Shown here: one piece after another, positions 46,164 through 55,561 of the stretch
How positions within the stretch are numbered: the first letter of the stretch is position 1
How the letters are laid out: each line of letters starts with the position of its first letter
Assembly: GCA_016787225.1 (NCBI GenBank)
Contig: JAEUUY010000023.1
Span: 19,441 to 83,440, forward strand
Direction: 5' to 3'
DNA length: 64,000 bases
From: Chitinophagales bacterium
GTDB lineage: Bacteria > Bacteroidota > Bacteroidia > Chitinophagales > JADJOU01
The notes under the pieces: model-generated
What the model was told of the DNA's origin: nothing
Databases searched by the model: none
What the model saw: only the letters and a program-made list of their open reading frames with translations
Made by a program: the position numbers and the translations under genes

Positions 46164-48617
46164 TTAGACATCCACAGAAATATCTATACTAAAGTTTTTA
46201 TTGTTTAGAGTCATGAGTTCAAAGGCAATTACATCTTGTATTTTTTGCTTTTCTGCGGCAAGGTCTTTATTACGTGGCAGTTTTACCAATATTTCCCGAA
46301 TAAACTGATTCCTAATTTTTGAAATTGGAGGAAGATTAGGTCCCAATACTATTCCTTTAATAGTAGCAGATAATTTATTATATAGTTTATCTGCATATAT
46401 TTTAACTAAGTCTTCTTTAAGATGCTTTATTGAAATTTTAATCAATTTACAATATGGTGGATATATAAATTTCTCTCTTAACTTCAATTCTTGTTCTACG
46501 AAACCTTTCCAATCATGATTCAGTACATATTGAATGACTTTATTTTCTGGATCACTTGTTTGGATAAGCACTTTACCAGGAAGTTGACCGCGTCCAACTC
46601 TGCCTGTTACCTGGTGAAGGGTTTGAAATGCACGCTCATCTGTTTTATACTCGATAAATGAGAAGAAAATATCTGCCTGCACAACTCCTACTAAAGTTAA
46701 ATTATCAAAATCCAAGCCCTTCGAAACCATTTGCGTGCCGATAAGTACATCGAACTCTTTATTTTTAAATTGATTTAAGATAAGGTCGATTTTAGAAACA
46801 CTGCTAGCTGTATCCAAATCTAGTCTACCTAGTCTTATATTAGGAAGAAATAGATGAATTTCCTCTTCTACCTTTTGAGTTCCCAACCCTTTAGTTTTCA
46901 ATTCTGAACTACCACATTCTAAACAGGTTGGCTTTACACTATACTTTTTATTGCAATAATGGCAAACGAGGAGTTTGTAATAGGAGTGGTAGGTGAGCCT
47001 CACGTCACAATGGTCGCATTTTTGGACATATCCACAGGTATTGCATTGAATATAAGGTGAATAGCCTCGTCTATTTTGAAAAAGTATAGCTTGTTGTCCT
47101 TGGCTTATGGTTTTTGAAACCTCTGTCAACAGCCTTTCGGAATAAAAGCTTTTCATACCTTGAACTACCAGAGGGTCTCTTAGATTGATTAATTCAACTT
47201 CAGGCACCTTGGCCTCTCCGAATCGACTCAATAACTCCACGAAACCATATTTGCCGCGATGAACATTAAAATAGGTCTCCACGCTTGGGGTCGCAGATCC
47301 TAACAAAATTTTAGTGCCTAGAAACTGTGAATAGTGAATCATAGCATCTCTACAATGAAATTTAGGTTGGGTATCTGATTGTTTCAAAGAGCCATCATGT
47401 TCTTCGTCAATAATGACTAAATCAAGCTTTTGATATGGTAAGAATAAAGTAGAGCGTGTACCGACGATAAACTTTATCTCCCCTGTTTCTACCTTTTTCC
47501 ATATCTCATAGCGTTTATTTTGACTTATCAAGGAATGATAAATTAAAAAACTAGAGCCAAAATAGCGATTTAATCTGCTCACAATTTGTTGTGTAAGCGC
47601 TATTTCAGGTAAAATAAGAAGGCATGTTTTATTGTCAACGAGATAGTCTTGAATTAATTTAATGTAGACTTCTGTTTTACCGCTGCCTGTGATACCCCGC
47701 AATACTACAACGCTTTTTTCGGTAAATTGTTTCGTTATGGATGCATAGGTTTCCTGCTGCGCTATACTTAGCTCTGCCTTTTGAATCTCCTTATTTTTTT
47801 GGATAGAAAAGCGATCTACTTGCTGTAGATACTCAACCAAGATACCTTTGTCAATAATGGATTTCAGAATGGTAGCACTCGCATCAGCTTTATGCAATAA
47901 TTCTGACTTTAAGACTCCATCATGATTTCTAGTTAAGGAGAAATATGTCAGTAGAATTTTGTATTGTTGAGGACTTTTGGATTGTAATAAATTAAATGCT
48001 TCGTTGATTTTAAAAGTATCGGTATAATCATAATGCAGTCGAATGAATTTTTCATACCGAGCTTTATACTTATCCTTAACGATATCTACTGGTTCCACAA
48101 GCCCGCAGTCTATCAATTTATTGAGACTAATCAATCCTTTTTTATTGCCAAAATTTTCTTTGATTTCTTTAAATGAAATCTGTCCCATACTTCTAATGGA
48201 TTCCAATAAAATTTCCTCATCGCCGTCATGATTAAGCATAGTCAAGGTCGATGGATTCTCTATAGCTTCATCATGGATTTTAAAAAAGCGCTCACTCGAC
48301 AGTTTGAAATAATTAGGTAGGGCTGTATCCATAACCTCGCCAATGGTGCACATATAATAATCAGCTAACCATTTCCAGAATTGTAGATTTTTTTCGTAAA
48401 TAATTGGCTTATCATCGAGGACTTGTTCAATCAATTTTACTGTTTCTATATTAGGTTTATCGTGGTGTAACCTCGCTATGATTCCAGCATAATATTTACT
48501 ACGACCAAAAGAAACTAAGACACGCTTTCCCACCTGAACCTCATCTAGAAGTTCCTTAGGAACCATATAGGTATAATAGGAAGCAAGTTTTAGGGGTAAA
48601 ATGACGTTTGCAAACAC
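46164..48617 (-). CDS. priA: Primosomal replication restart helicase PriA
   Basis: 817 aa. Walker A GITGSGKTEVY, DEEHD box, and a Cys-rich zinc insertion (CNTCGY..CDHCD..CHYC). Confidence 0.95.
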   Translation of the reverse strand: MFANVILPLKLASYYTYMVPKELLDEVQVGKRVLVSFGRSKYYAGIIARLHHDKPNIETVKLIEQVLDDKPIIYEKNLQFWKWLADYYMCTIGEVMDTALPNYFKLSSERFFKIHDEAIENPSTLTMLNHDGDEEILLESIRSMGQISFKEIKENFGNKKGLISLNKLIDCGLVEPVDIVKDKYKARYEKFIRLHYDYTDTFKINEAFNLLQSKSPQQYKILLTYFSLTRNHDGVLKSELLHKADASATILKSIIDKGILVEYLQQVDRFSIQKNKEIQKAELSIAQQETYASITKQFTEKSVVVLRGITGSGKTEVYIKLIQDYLVDNKTCLLILPEIALTQQIVSRLNRYFGSSFLIYHSLISQNKRYEIWKKVETGEIKFIVGTRSTLFLPYQKLDLVIIDEEHDGSLKQSDTQPKFHCRDAMIHYSQFLGTKILLGSATPSVETYFNVHRGKYGFVELLSRFGEAKVPEVELINLRDPLVVQGMKSFYSERLLTEVSKTISQGQQAILFQNRRGYSPYIQCNTCGYVQKCDHCDVRLTYHSYYKLLVCHYCNKKYSVKPTCLECGSSELKTKGLGTQKVEEEIHLFLPNIRLGRLDLDTASSVSKIDLILNQFKNKEFDVLIGTQMVSKGLDFDNLTLVGVVQADIFFSFIEYKTDERAFQTLHQVTGRVGRGQLPGKVLIQTSDPENKVIQYVLNHDWKGFVEQELKLREKFIYPPYCKLIKISIKHLKEDLVKIYADKLYNKLSATIKGIVLGPNLPPISKIRNQFIREILVKLPRNKDLAAEKQKIQDVIAFELMTLNNKNFSIDISVDV

Positions 48618-48681
48618 AGTTGAAAGCTCATTATTTAATAGTAAAAGTTAGTATGCAATAGACATTCATTTTGACCTAACA

Positions 48682-49506
48682 TTAATTATTCGTTATTAAT
48701 TGTACTTCATACCCTGCATGACTGCGAATATTTAGAACGGTTTTCTCGTCGAATATCATGTACTGACCTTTAATACCTGTCAAAATGCCATCTATTTTTG
48801 ATTGTTTATCTAGTTTGATAGATTGAATGGATGATGTTAAGACAGTAGTTGGATAATTCAATTGATATATGGTATCATCCTCAGATAGGAAGTGTTCAAA
48901 TTCTTCTTGACTTTGTACCAACCATTGACTATATTTCCTTTTTTCAGCTAATAAATCTATAGAAGTGTCTTTAATATTTTTCAACATAGCCCTCCAATTC
49001 GTTTTATCACTGAGTACATTTTTTAAGGTTACTTCTATATGACCTGCTAATTGTCGGTAAGGCGTTAACGCGAGTATAACTGCTTCGTCGGCACCTTGAT
49101 CTATCCAGCGACTAGGAATTTGATCTACACGTGTGACCCCTACTTTCAGGCCTCCGGAGTTAGCCAGATATACGATGTGTGGCTTATTGTGGTGTTTTTC
49201 TTCCCATTCTGGAACCTTGCCTTTTCCCAAATGAGCCTCGCATAATTCTGGATTAATAATACAAGGTGAATTTAGAGCAGAACTCATCATACAGACATAA
49301 CACAAACCAGGCGCGTAAAACTTTTTAACCAATTTGCGACAATCAATACATTCTAGGTGCCCTGTAAATTCAATTGATATTTTTTTGCCTATATGATAGT
49401 TCAAACAATTGAAATCAGCCTCTGTATGATCTAAATAATATATCACCTGGTCGTTTTCCAGTTTCGCAGGCATTTTTTCCAGAAATAGGGAAATAGCTAA
49501 ACTCAA
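48682..49506 (-). CDS. DUF2797-type protein
   Basis: 274 aa. CIDCRK...CYVC zinc-ribbon-like segment. Family assignment is from memory. Confidence 0.55.
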   Translation of the reverse strand: MSLAISLFLEKMPAKLENDQVIYYLDHTEADFNCLNYHIGKKISIEFTGHLECIDCRKLVKKFYAPGLCYVCMMSSALNSPCIINPELCEAHLGKGKVPEWEEKHHNKPHIVYLANSGGLKVGVTRVDQIPSRWIDQGADEAVILALTPYRQLAGHIEVTLKNVLSDKTNWRAMLKNIKDTSIDLLAEKRKYSQWLVQSQEEFEHFLSEDDTIYQLNYPTTVLTSSIQSIKLDKQSKIDGILTGIKGQYMIFDEKTVLNIRSHAGYEVQLITNN

Positions 49507-49799
49507 TTGGAGAAGTATCTATACACGAAATAAATACCCACGAGAATGACGGATAACAAAACTCCTTTCATGGCATAAACCTTATCAAAATAATTCAAGA
49601 CAAGGAAGGTAAATAATCCTCCAAGCAATGATAGTTTTAGGATATCATCCTTTATTCCTTCACCATAATTTCCAAGTGCTTCTATATTATAGTAAGCAAT
49701 TTGTAGATTATAAGCAAGCCCGATAGCCAGGCAGCCTAGAATAAAGCCAGTAATCATGTTATCTAGTTTTTCATACCCAATAATTCGTTTATAATTCAT
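49503..49799 (-). CDS. Small membrane protein (3 TM)
   Basis: 98 aa, hydrophobic. It overlaps the downstream gene by 4 nt. Confidence 0.4.
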   Translation of the reverse strand: MNYKRIIGYEKLDNMITGFILGCLAIGLAYNLQIAYYNIEALGNYGEGIKDDILKLSLLGGLFTFLVLNYFDKVYAMKGVLLSVILVGIYFVYRYFSN

Positions 49800-49867
49800 T
49801 TTTAAAAATATATTTGTTTGTATGGTTTGTATAGTTTATTTAGTTGTTCATTGGTAGCTATTCATTT

Positions 49868-50665
49868 TTAATTTAACTCCCAGTTATTGTGTATATAATT
49901 AATATTGTGATAGTTGGTGAGATCAAACTGGATAGGAACTATGGAAACATAATCATTAGCTAGTGCCCATTCATCCGTATCATGGCCTTCATCAAAGTTA
50001 ACAAACCTACCCGTAAGCCAATAATAGTGTCCACCTCGTGGATCTTTGCGTTCTTCAAACTCCTCTACCCATTTTGCCTGCGCTTGTCTGCACACCCGAT
50101 AACCCTTTAAGTTTTCAGCTTTTACTTTGGGTATGTTTACATTCAGCAGACTAGGCTTCGTCATTGGATGTTCTAGCATTTGTATAGTCAATTTGCGAGC
50201 TACAGACTTCGCTACTTCAAAATCAGCATCTAAATCATGATCACATAAGGAAAAACCTATAGAAGGAATCTCCTCAATAGCCGCCTCTACTGCTGCACTC
50301 ATGGTTCCTGAATAAATAATATTGATAGAAGAATTAGAACCATGATTGATACCAGAAAGACAAATATCAGGTTTGCGATCTAAAATAACATCACGAGCAA
50401 TTTTTACAGAATCTACCGGTGTACCGCTGCAGGCAAAACTACCCAAAATACCATCAAATCGCTGAATAGGTGTGAGGCGTATAGGTTCTTTGAGCGTCAC
50501 AGCATGTCCCATACCACTCTGCGGCAGACTAGGAGCCACCACCACAACTTGGCCAAGGTCTTTCACTGCATCTATTAGACTTCGTATACCTTTTGAATAA
50601 ATACTATCATCATTGGTGATTAGTATTAAAGGTCTATTCGGATCAGAAATTATTTTATGAATCAT
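49868..50665 (-). CDS. surE: 5'/3'-nucleotidase SurE
   Basis: The ORF extends to 50692. The ATG at 50665 gives MIHKIISDPNRPLILITNDDSIYSKGI, the SurE N-terminal motif. Confidence 0.9.
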   Translation of the reverse strand: MIHKIISDPNRPLILITNDDSIYSKGIRSLIDAVKDLGQVVVVAPSLPQSGMGHAVTLKEPIRLTPIQRFDGILGSFACSGTPVDSVKIARDVILDRKPDICLSGINHGSNSSINIIYSGTMSAAVEAAIEEIPSIGFSLCDHDLDADFEVAKSVARKLTIQMLEHPMTKPSLLNVNIPKVKAENLKGYRVCRQAQAKWVEEFEERKDPRGGHYYWLTGRFVNFDEGHDTDEWALANDYVSIVPIQFDLTNYHNINYIHNNWELN

Positions 50666-50759
50666 AATTGTAAAAATAAATAGAAATAGCATACTTAGCT
50701 GTTAATTGTTTTATCCCAAATTCCGCATTAGAAAATGAAGAATCGATTAAGAAATTGTA

Positions 50760-50787
50760 TTTCAATCCCGTACGTAAGGGATTGAAA
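50760..50787. repeat. Solitary CRISPR-repeat-like perfect hairpin
   Basis: TTTCAATCCC-gtacgtaa-GGGATTGAAA, followed by C. This gives a ...GGGATTGAAAC end like Cas6-type repeats. There is only one copy in the window. Confidence 0.4.
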
Positions 50788-51028
50788 CAAAATCTAAATC
50801 GTCCGAAGAACCCTCGGGACAACTAAATCATATAGTTCGCCACGTTGTGGCTTCTAATGATTAATTCGGGTTTAAAGTATTTTTTCTCTCTCAGCCAGAG
50901 CATTTATACTGGCACATACTAACTATGGTGCATTTAAACACTCTAATACCGTAAGCGTATTAGTATTAGTCCAATGTCGCATGGCTCATTGCACTAAACA
51001 AATACAGCTACGGGATTTACCATAGCAA

Positions 51029-51060
51029 GGTTTTAAAATGGGTTGGACCATTTTAAAACC
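51029..51060. repeat. Perfect 13-bp stem hairpin in a long intergenic region
   Basis: GGTTTTAAAATGG-gttgga-CCATTTTAAAACC. Confidence 0.5.
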
Positions 51061-51389
51061 GCTATTGGTATAACTTAAAATCGCATTTTTCAATGTATAT
51101 CTGCATTATATTATCATTTTATGAACTATTTATGATTAAATAGCTAGATGAAAAATGGTGGAATTTTAATGCTTACATTCTGCACTCAAGCTTTTAATTC
51201 CTTAATAATCTCTACATTTTTTTGTTTTTCAAACTACCTATGAGTCGAACATCAGTGTAGTAAGTAGGAATAGATAGAGTTTAAAAGCAAACCAAAGTTA
51301 GGTTGTCTAGCATGATTAAAGTAGATTTTAGCGAAAAAAACTCTAAATATTCAGCGAATTATCTATCTTAGTCATCAAATTCTAATTCT

Positions 51390-51812
51390 ATGCAAAAATT
51401 ATTATTGTGCATGTTATTCATTGGCATTTATTCCTTAAAAATGAGTGCACAATCATCTCCTATCGGTATCTGGGTTACCATTGATGACGAAACGGGCAAG
51501 GAAAAGTCACATGTAGAAATCTATGAAAGAGATGGGAAGTTATTTGGAAAAATTATAAAACTGCTGCTCAAGCCTAATAACAGTGTATGCGAAGTCTGCG
51601 ATGGTGACCGTAAGAACAAGCCACTGGTAGGAATGGTAATCATTTATAATATGAAAAAGCACGGAGACAAATGGGATGGCGGTAAGATATACAAAGCAGA
51701 TTCGGGCAAAGAATACAATGGTTTTCTCAAAATGAATGGTCCTGATAAACTGATAGTGACTGGAAAGGTCTTATTTATCACCAAATCTCAAACATGGAGA
51801 AGGTTAAAATAA
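51390..51812 (+). CDS. DUF2147 domain protein (secreted)
   Basis: 140 aa. Signal peptide. PIGIWVTIDDETGKEKSHVEIYERDGKLFGKI is typical of DUF2147. Confidence 0.7.
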   Translation: MQKLLLCMLFIGIYSLKMSAQSSPIGIWVTIDDETGKEKSHVEIYERDGKLFGKIIKLLLKPNNSVCEVCDGDRKNKPLVGMVIIYNMKKHGDKWDGGKIYKADSGKEYNGFLKMNGPDKLIVTGKVLFITKSQTWRRLK

Positions 51813-51971
51813 TATGCCATCCAAACTTTTTATTGACTCTATCTTCCGTCTATTGTCCAAAATTAAAATTCAATATTAAAAATCATAATTTAGACAATAA
51901 CCTCTCATTTTTTTAGGGATTAAATTCTAAATTTATTTTTCAAAAAATCACCCTTTAGAACTATTACTCAA

Positions 51972-52373
51972 ATGATTTTAGACCACATAGGAATAGCGGT
52001 AAAAGATATAGAACAAGCCAAAATCATGTATGAAAAAATTCTACAGAGCAGCGCATATCATGAAGAAATTTTAGAAAATCAAAAAGTAAGAGTAGCATTT
52101 TTTAAAACAGGTCAAGACTCTAAAATAGAACTACTCGAAGGTATAGGAGAAGATTCCCCTATATCGAAATTTATTATGAAAAAAGGGGAAGGAATACATC
52201 ACATGGCTTTCTTAGTTCCAGATATTTATAAGGAAATAGAACGTATGAAAAAGGAAGGCTTCGAACCACTGCAAGAAGCTCCCAAAATTGGAGCAGCAAA
52301 TAAGTTAGTTTTCTTTTTTCATCCAAAGACTACAGGTGGTAGTCTCGTGGAACTTTGTCAAAAACAAAATTAG
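51972..52373 (+). CDS. mce: Methylmalonyl-CoA epimerase (VOC fold)
   Basis: 133 aa. LDHIGIAVKDIEQA...GEGIHHMAF...GGSLVEL. Confidence 0.85.
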   Translation: MILDHIGIAVKDIEQAKIMYEKILQSSAYHEEILENQKVRVAFFKTGQDSKIELLEGIGEDSPISKFIMKKGEGIHHMAFLVPDIYKEIERMKKEGFEPLQEAPKIGAANKLVFFFHPKTTGGSLVELCQKQN

Positions 52374-52376
52374 ACA

Positions 52377-53165
52377 TTGAAAGCATTCGTTTTCACTCTT
52401 AGTTCTCTATTTGTATTTAGTATACTCCATAGTCAATCTCGAAGTAAAGATTTATTACCTGTAAATCAATTTAAATCAGGTGAATATTTCAAATATAGGG
52501 TCATATATAAATTCAGTGAGGTTTGGGTTACAGCAGGCAATGTTATCTTCGAATTAAGCGAACGAGCGGTAAATGATAAACATCATACGGTATTAATAGC
52601 CAGAGGTAGCACTGCCCCAGCTTTTGATTTATTTTACAAGGTTAGAGATGAATATGCTACTGTCACGGAGACAAATACATGCCTACCAAAGTTTTTCCTG
52701 AGAAGGGTAAATGAAGGTGGACTAAAAATACATAATGACTTCAATTTTTTTCACGAGAAGCAAGAAGTAATCGCAGAAATGCAAGATTTTAAAAAATCTC
52801 ATATCATTGATACGATGACCATACCGGAGAATACTCAAGACGTGGTATCAGCAATACTTTATGCTAGAACACTGGACTATAAAAAATTAGATAGTGGCGG
52901 ACAATTTAGCTTTCCTTTATTTATAGACAATGAAGTTTTTACCATAGGAGTTAAATATCATGGTAGTCAAGAAATTTCAACAGAATATGGTAGCTTTCAA
53001 TGCCTAGTCTTACAACCTATTCTCATCAAAGGAAATGTATTCTCAGAAGTTGATAAAATGAGAATTTATATGACGGATGACGACCTCAGACTTCCTGTTT
53101 TCATTGAATCTCCGATTAAGGTTGGCAAAATAGCCGCTGTATTGACTAAGTATAAGGCCAAATAG
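52377..53165 (+). CDS. DUF3108 domain protein
   Basis: 262 aa (TTG start). Signal peptide. GEYFKYRVIYKFSEVWVTAGNVIFEL pattern. Family assignment is from memory. Confidence 0.55.
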   Translation: MKAFVFTLSSLFVFSILHSQSRSKDLLPVNQFKSGEYFKYRVIYKFSEVWVTAGNVIFELSERAVNDKHHTVLIARGSTAPAFDLFYKVRDEYATVTETNTCLPKFFLRRVNEGGLKIHNDFNFFHEKQEVIAEMQDFKKSHIIDTMTIPENTQDVVSAILYARTLDYKKLDSGGQFSFPLFIDNEVFTIGVKYHGSQEISTEYGSFQCLVLQPILIKGNVFSEVDKMRIYMTDDDLRLPVFIESPIKVGKIAAVLTKYKAK

Positions 53166-53232
53166 CTTTCAAAACATCTAAAATAAAAAAAATGAAAGTT
53201 ATTTTTAAGTTTAATAGCATCAAACTATAGCA

Positions 53233-53562
53233 GTGAATAAAAAAGTTATAGAAAATTTCCATGTGCTTCTATGGTTAGTTAAAGATTTATGCTGGGCTAT
53301 GGATTTTAAAATTTTAGGAACTATCATGGTATTACCTACCATAGCAGCCGCTTTTTGGATTTTAATGATTACAAAAAAACAGATTGATTTCTGGGTTAAT
53401 CTATCCGTATTATTTTGGATACTTGCTAATTCTACCTGGATGACGCTGGAGTTTTTTAATAAAGGAGAGGTATATTTCAGTCTACCCTTTTTCATTGCAG
53501 GTATTCTTTCGTTTTTACTTTATATTTATAAGCTTTATAGGAATAGTTATGAACGAGGTTGA
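53233..53562 (+). CDS. Small membrane protein (3 TM)
   Basis: 109 aa (GTG start), hydrophobic helices. Preferred over the antisense ORF 53220..53495. Confidence 0.4.
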   Translation: MNKKVIENFHVLLWLVKDLCWAMDFKILGTIMVLPTIAAAFWILMITKKQIDFWVNLSVLFWILANSTWMTLEFFNKGEVYFSLPFFIAGILSFLLYIYKLYRNSYERG

Positions 53563-54007
53563 GTTTAAAAAATATCTCGAAAAACTGGAGCATTATTGCG
53601 CATATCAAGAGCGCTGTATTTCGGAAGTTAAATTAAAAATGACCAAAATAAAAGTCCCTAGCGAGTTTACTGATAATTTAATAAATTCTCTTCTAGAGAA
53701 TAAATTTATCGACGAGGAGCGATATGTCAGAGCCTATGTCCACTCAAAAGTCACCTATAAGCGTGATGGGGTAGAAAAAATTCGTTATGGATTAAAACAT
53801 AAAGGTATTCGAGATAATCTCATTAATGAGGTTTGCGCTGAGTTAGATAAAATATGTTACCAAGCAAATTTGGAAGCATTAATAAATAAAAAGAAGGAGA
53901 CTCTCATAGCTAAATATGATAAACAAGAAACTAAAACTAAGCTGGTAAGATACTTATTATCAAAAGGCTATAGGTATGATGAGTTCAGAAACTTCATAAG
54001 TCAATGA
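53549..54007 (+). CDS. recX: Regulatory protein RecX
   Basis: The ORF opens at 53495. The ATG at 53549 gives MNEVEFKKYLEKLEHYCAYQERCISEV, a RecX-type N-terminus. Confidence 0.8.
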   Translation: MNEVEFKKYLEKLEHYCAYQERCISEVKLKMTKIKVPSEFTDNLINSLLENKFIDEERYVRAYVHSKVTYKRDGVEKIRYGLKHKGIRDNLINEVCAELDKICYQANLEALINKKKETLIAKYDKQETKTKLVRYLLSKGYRYDEFRNFISQ

Positions 54008-54057
54008 ACTAGCAGTTATTTTGATAAATTTATTAACTTTGCCCTATATTTAAAATT

Positions 54058-54576
54058 ATGCGAAACATTTGGAAATTAGCTACCATTTTACTGTTATTTA
54101 TATGCTTATTTTTAGTTTATATTTTAGTGGATAAACAGGAAAATAGTTCAACTGAAAACGGCTTAGTTTCTTTAAATGAAAAGGTCAAAGCAGAAGCTGA
54201 GTATAATAAACTTCAAAATCCAATTTTTGGAGCTGATAATAATGACTATTTCTATCAAAACCCAACAACCATAGAGTTTTTAATGAATGAATACGATTTT
54301 GATACGATACCAAAGAATAAGGTCATAACTAGAGAAATAAAATTTATCAATTCTGGTAAAAATCCATATTTCATAACAGATATAAAGGTCTCCTGTGGCT
54401 GTACAATACCGAGCTACGACACTAAACCAATTCAAGCTGGAGACACTGGGACTGTCAAAATAGAGTATAATAGTGCCAAAAAAAGTGGATTTAATATGAA
54501 TAAGCTCTCCATTTTTGGTAATACAGAACCTAAAGAGAAGCCTGTTTATTTCAAGATTTATGTAAAATCAAATTAA
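54058..54576 (+). CDS. DUF1573 domain protein
   Basis: 172 aa. N-terminal anchor. FDFDTIPKNKVITREIKFINSGKNPYFITDIKVSCGCT is the DUF1573 signature. Confidence 0.75.
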   Translation: MRNIWKLATILLLFICLFLVYILVDKQENSSTENGLVSLNEKVKAEAEYNKLQNPIFGADNNDYFYQNPTTIEFLMNEYDFDTIPKNKVITREIKFINSGKNPYFITDIKVSCGCTIPSYDTKPIQAGDTGTVKIEYNSAKKSGFNMNKLSIFGNTEPKEKPVYFKIYVKSN

Positions 54577-54578
54577 TT

Positions 54579-55001
54579 TTGAGAATCATAGGGATTGATT
54601 ATGGTAAAAAACGTTGCGGATTATCTGTCACAGATAACTTGCAGATCATTGCTACACACTTAGTATCAGTTGCTTCGAATGACTTATTATCTTATTTAAA
54701 GGGCTATTGCGAAAAAGAAGTTGTCGAGGGTTTCGTTATAGGAAAACCTTTAAAACTCAATAATCAACTAAACGAAATAGCCAAGGATATAGTCGAATTG
54801 AAAATAAAACTAAATCAATGTTTCCCTGATAAATACATCGAAGAAATAGATGAAAGATTCACCTCTAAAATAGCATTTCAATCCATTCTAGATAGTGGTG
54901 TAGGAAAGGAGAAGCGAAAAAATAAGGCTAATATTGATGTGGTTGCAGCAGTTATTATACTTCAAAATTATTTAGATTTAAAATCCAATTTAAACAAATG
55001 A
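54579..55001 (+). CDS. ruvX: Holliday junction resolvase-like RuvX (YqgF)
   Basis: 140 aa (TTG start). RIIGIDYGKKRCGLSVTD. Confidence 0.85.
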   Translation: MRIIGIDYGKKRCGLSVTDNLQIIATHLVSVASNDLLSYLKGYCEKEVVEGFVIGKPLKLNNQLNEIAKDIVELKIKLNQCFPDKYIEEIDERFTSKIAFQSILDSGVGKEKRKNKANIDVVAAVIILQNYLDLKSNLNK

Positions 55002-55561
55002 TACTCCCTATTTATGCCTTTGGACAACCAGTTCTAAAGAAAAAAGCGAATCCTGTAGAACTCGATGGGTCCAAGCTCAAACCCATTATTTCAGATATGT
55101 TTGAGACTATGTATCACTGTAAAGGTGTAGGATTGGCAGCTCCTCAAGTAGGATTATCCATTAGACTATTTATAATAGATAGCAGCAAAGTCAATGATGA
55201 TGATGAGCGGAAAGACAAATCTGAAGAAGGCTTAAGGGAAGTGTTCATAAATGCTGAAATGATTGAAGAAAATGGCGGACTGCATTCATTAGAAGAGGGT
55301 TGCCTCAGTATCCCCAATATTTATGGACATGTAGAACGAGAAAAAGCGATAAAAATTAGATACTATGACGCCCAGCTAGAACTAAATGAGAAGGTATTTA
55401 CAGGTTTTACAGCCAGAGTTATTCAGCACGAATATGACCATATCGAAGGTATACTTTTCATTGAGAAATTAAAACCGCTTAAAAAGCAGATGATAAAAAG
55501 AAAATTAGAAGATATTAAAAAAGGCGATATCAATTGTAGATATAAAATGAAATTTGCATAG
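54998..55561 (+). CDS. def: Peptide deformylase
   Basis: 187 aa. GVGLAAPQVG, EGCLSIP and HEYDHIEG motifs. Confidence 0.95.
   Translation: MILPIYAFGQPVLKKKANPVELDGSKLKPIISDMFETMYHCKGVGLAAPQVGLSIRLFIIDSSKVNDDDERKDKSEEGLREVFINAEMIEENGGLHSLEEGCLSIPNIYGHVEREKAIKIRYYDAQLELNEKVFTGFTARVIQHEYDHIEGILFIEKLKPLKKQMIKRKLEDIKKGDINCRYKMKFA

Noticed and set aside
50751-50860. Possible CRISPR array seeded by the GTATTTCAATCCCGTACGTAAGGGATTGAAAC repeat-like sequence
   Set aside because: Only one copy is present. The sequence ~36 nt downstream contains a different, much weaker hairpin rather than a second repeat. No cas genes occur in the window. It is kept only as a solitary hairpin or possible remnant.
50693-51389. 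RNase P RNA, tmRNA, SRP RNA or tRNA hidden in the long intergenic regions (also 20196-20701 and 30421-31175)
   Set aside because: I could not find the conserved cores on either strand. These include the GGAAAGTCCGG-type P4 element, a tRNA-like GGTTCGAATCC T-arm with a CCA-proximal acceptor, and the SRP GGAAGCAGC domain IV. A covariance-model scan is still needed to exclude them.
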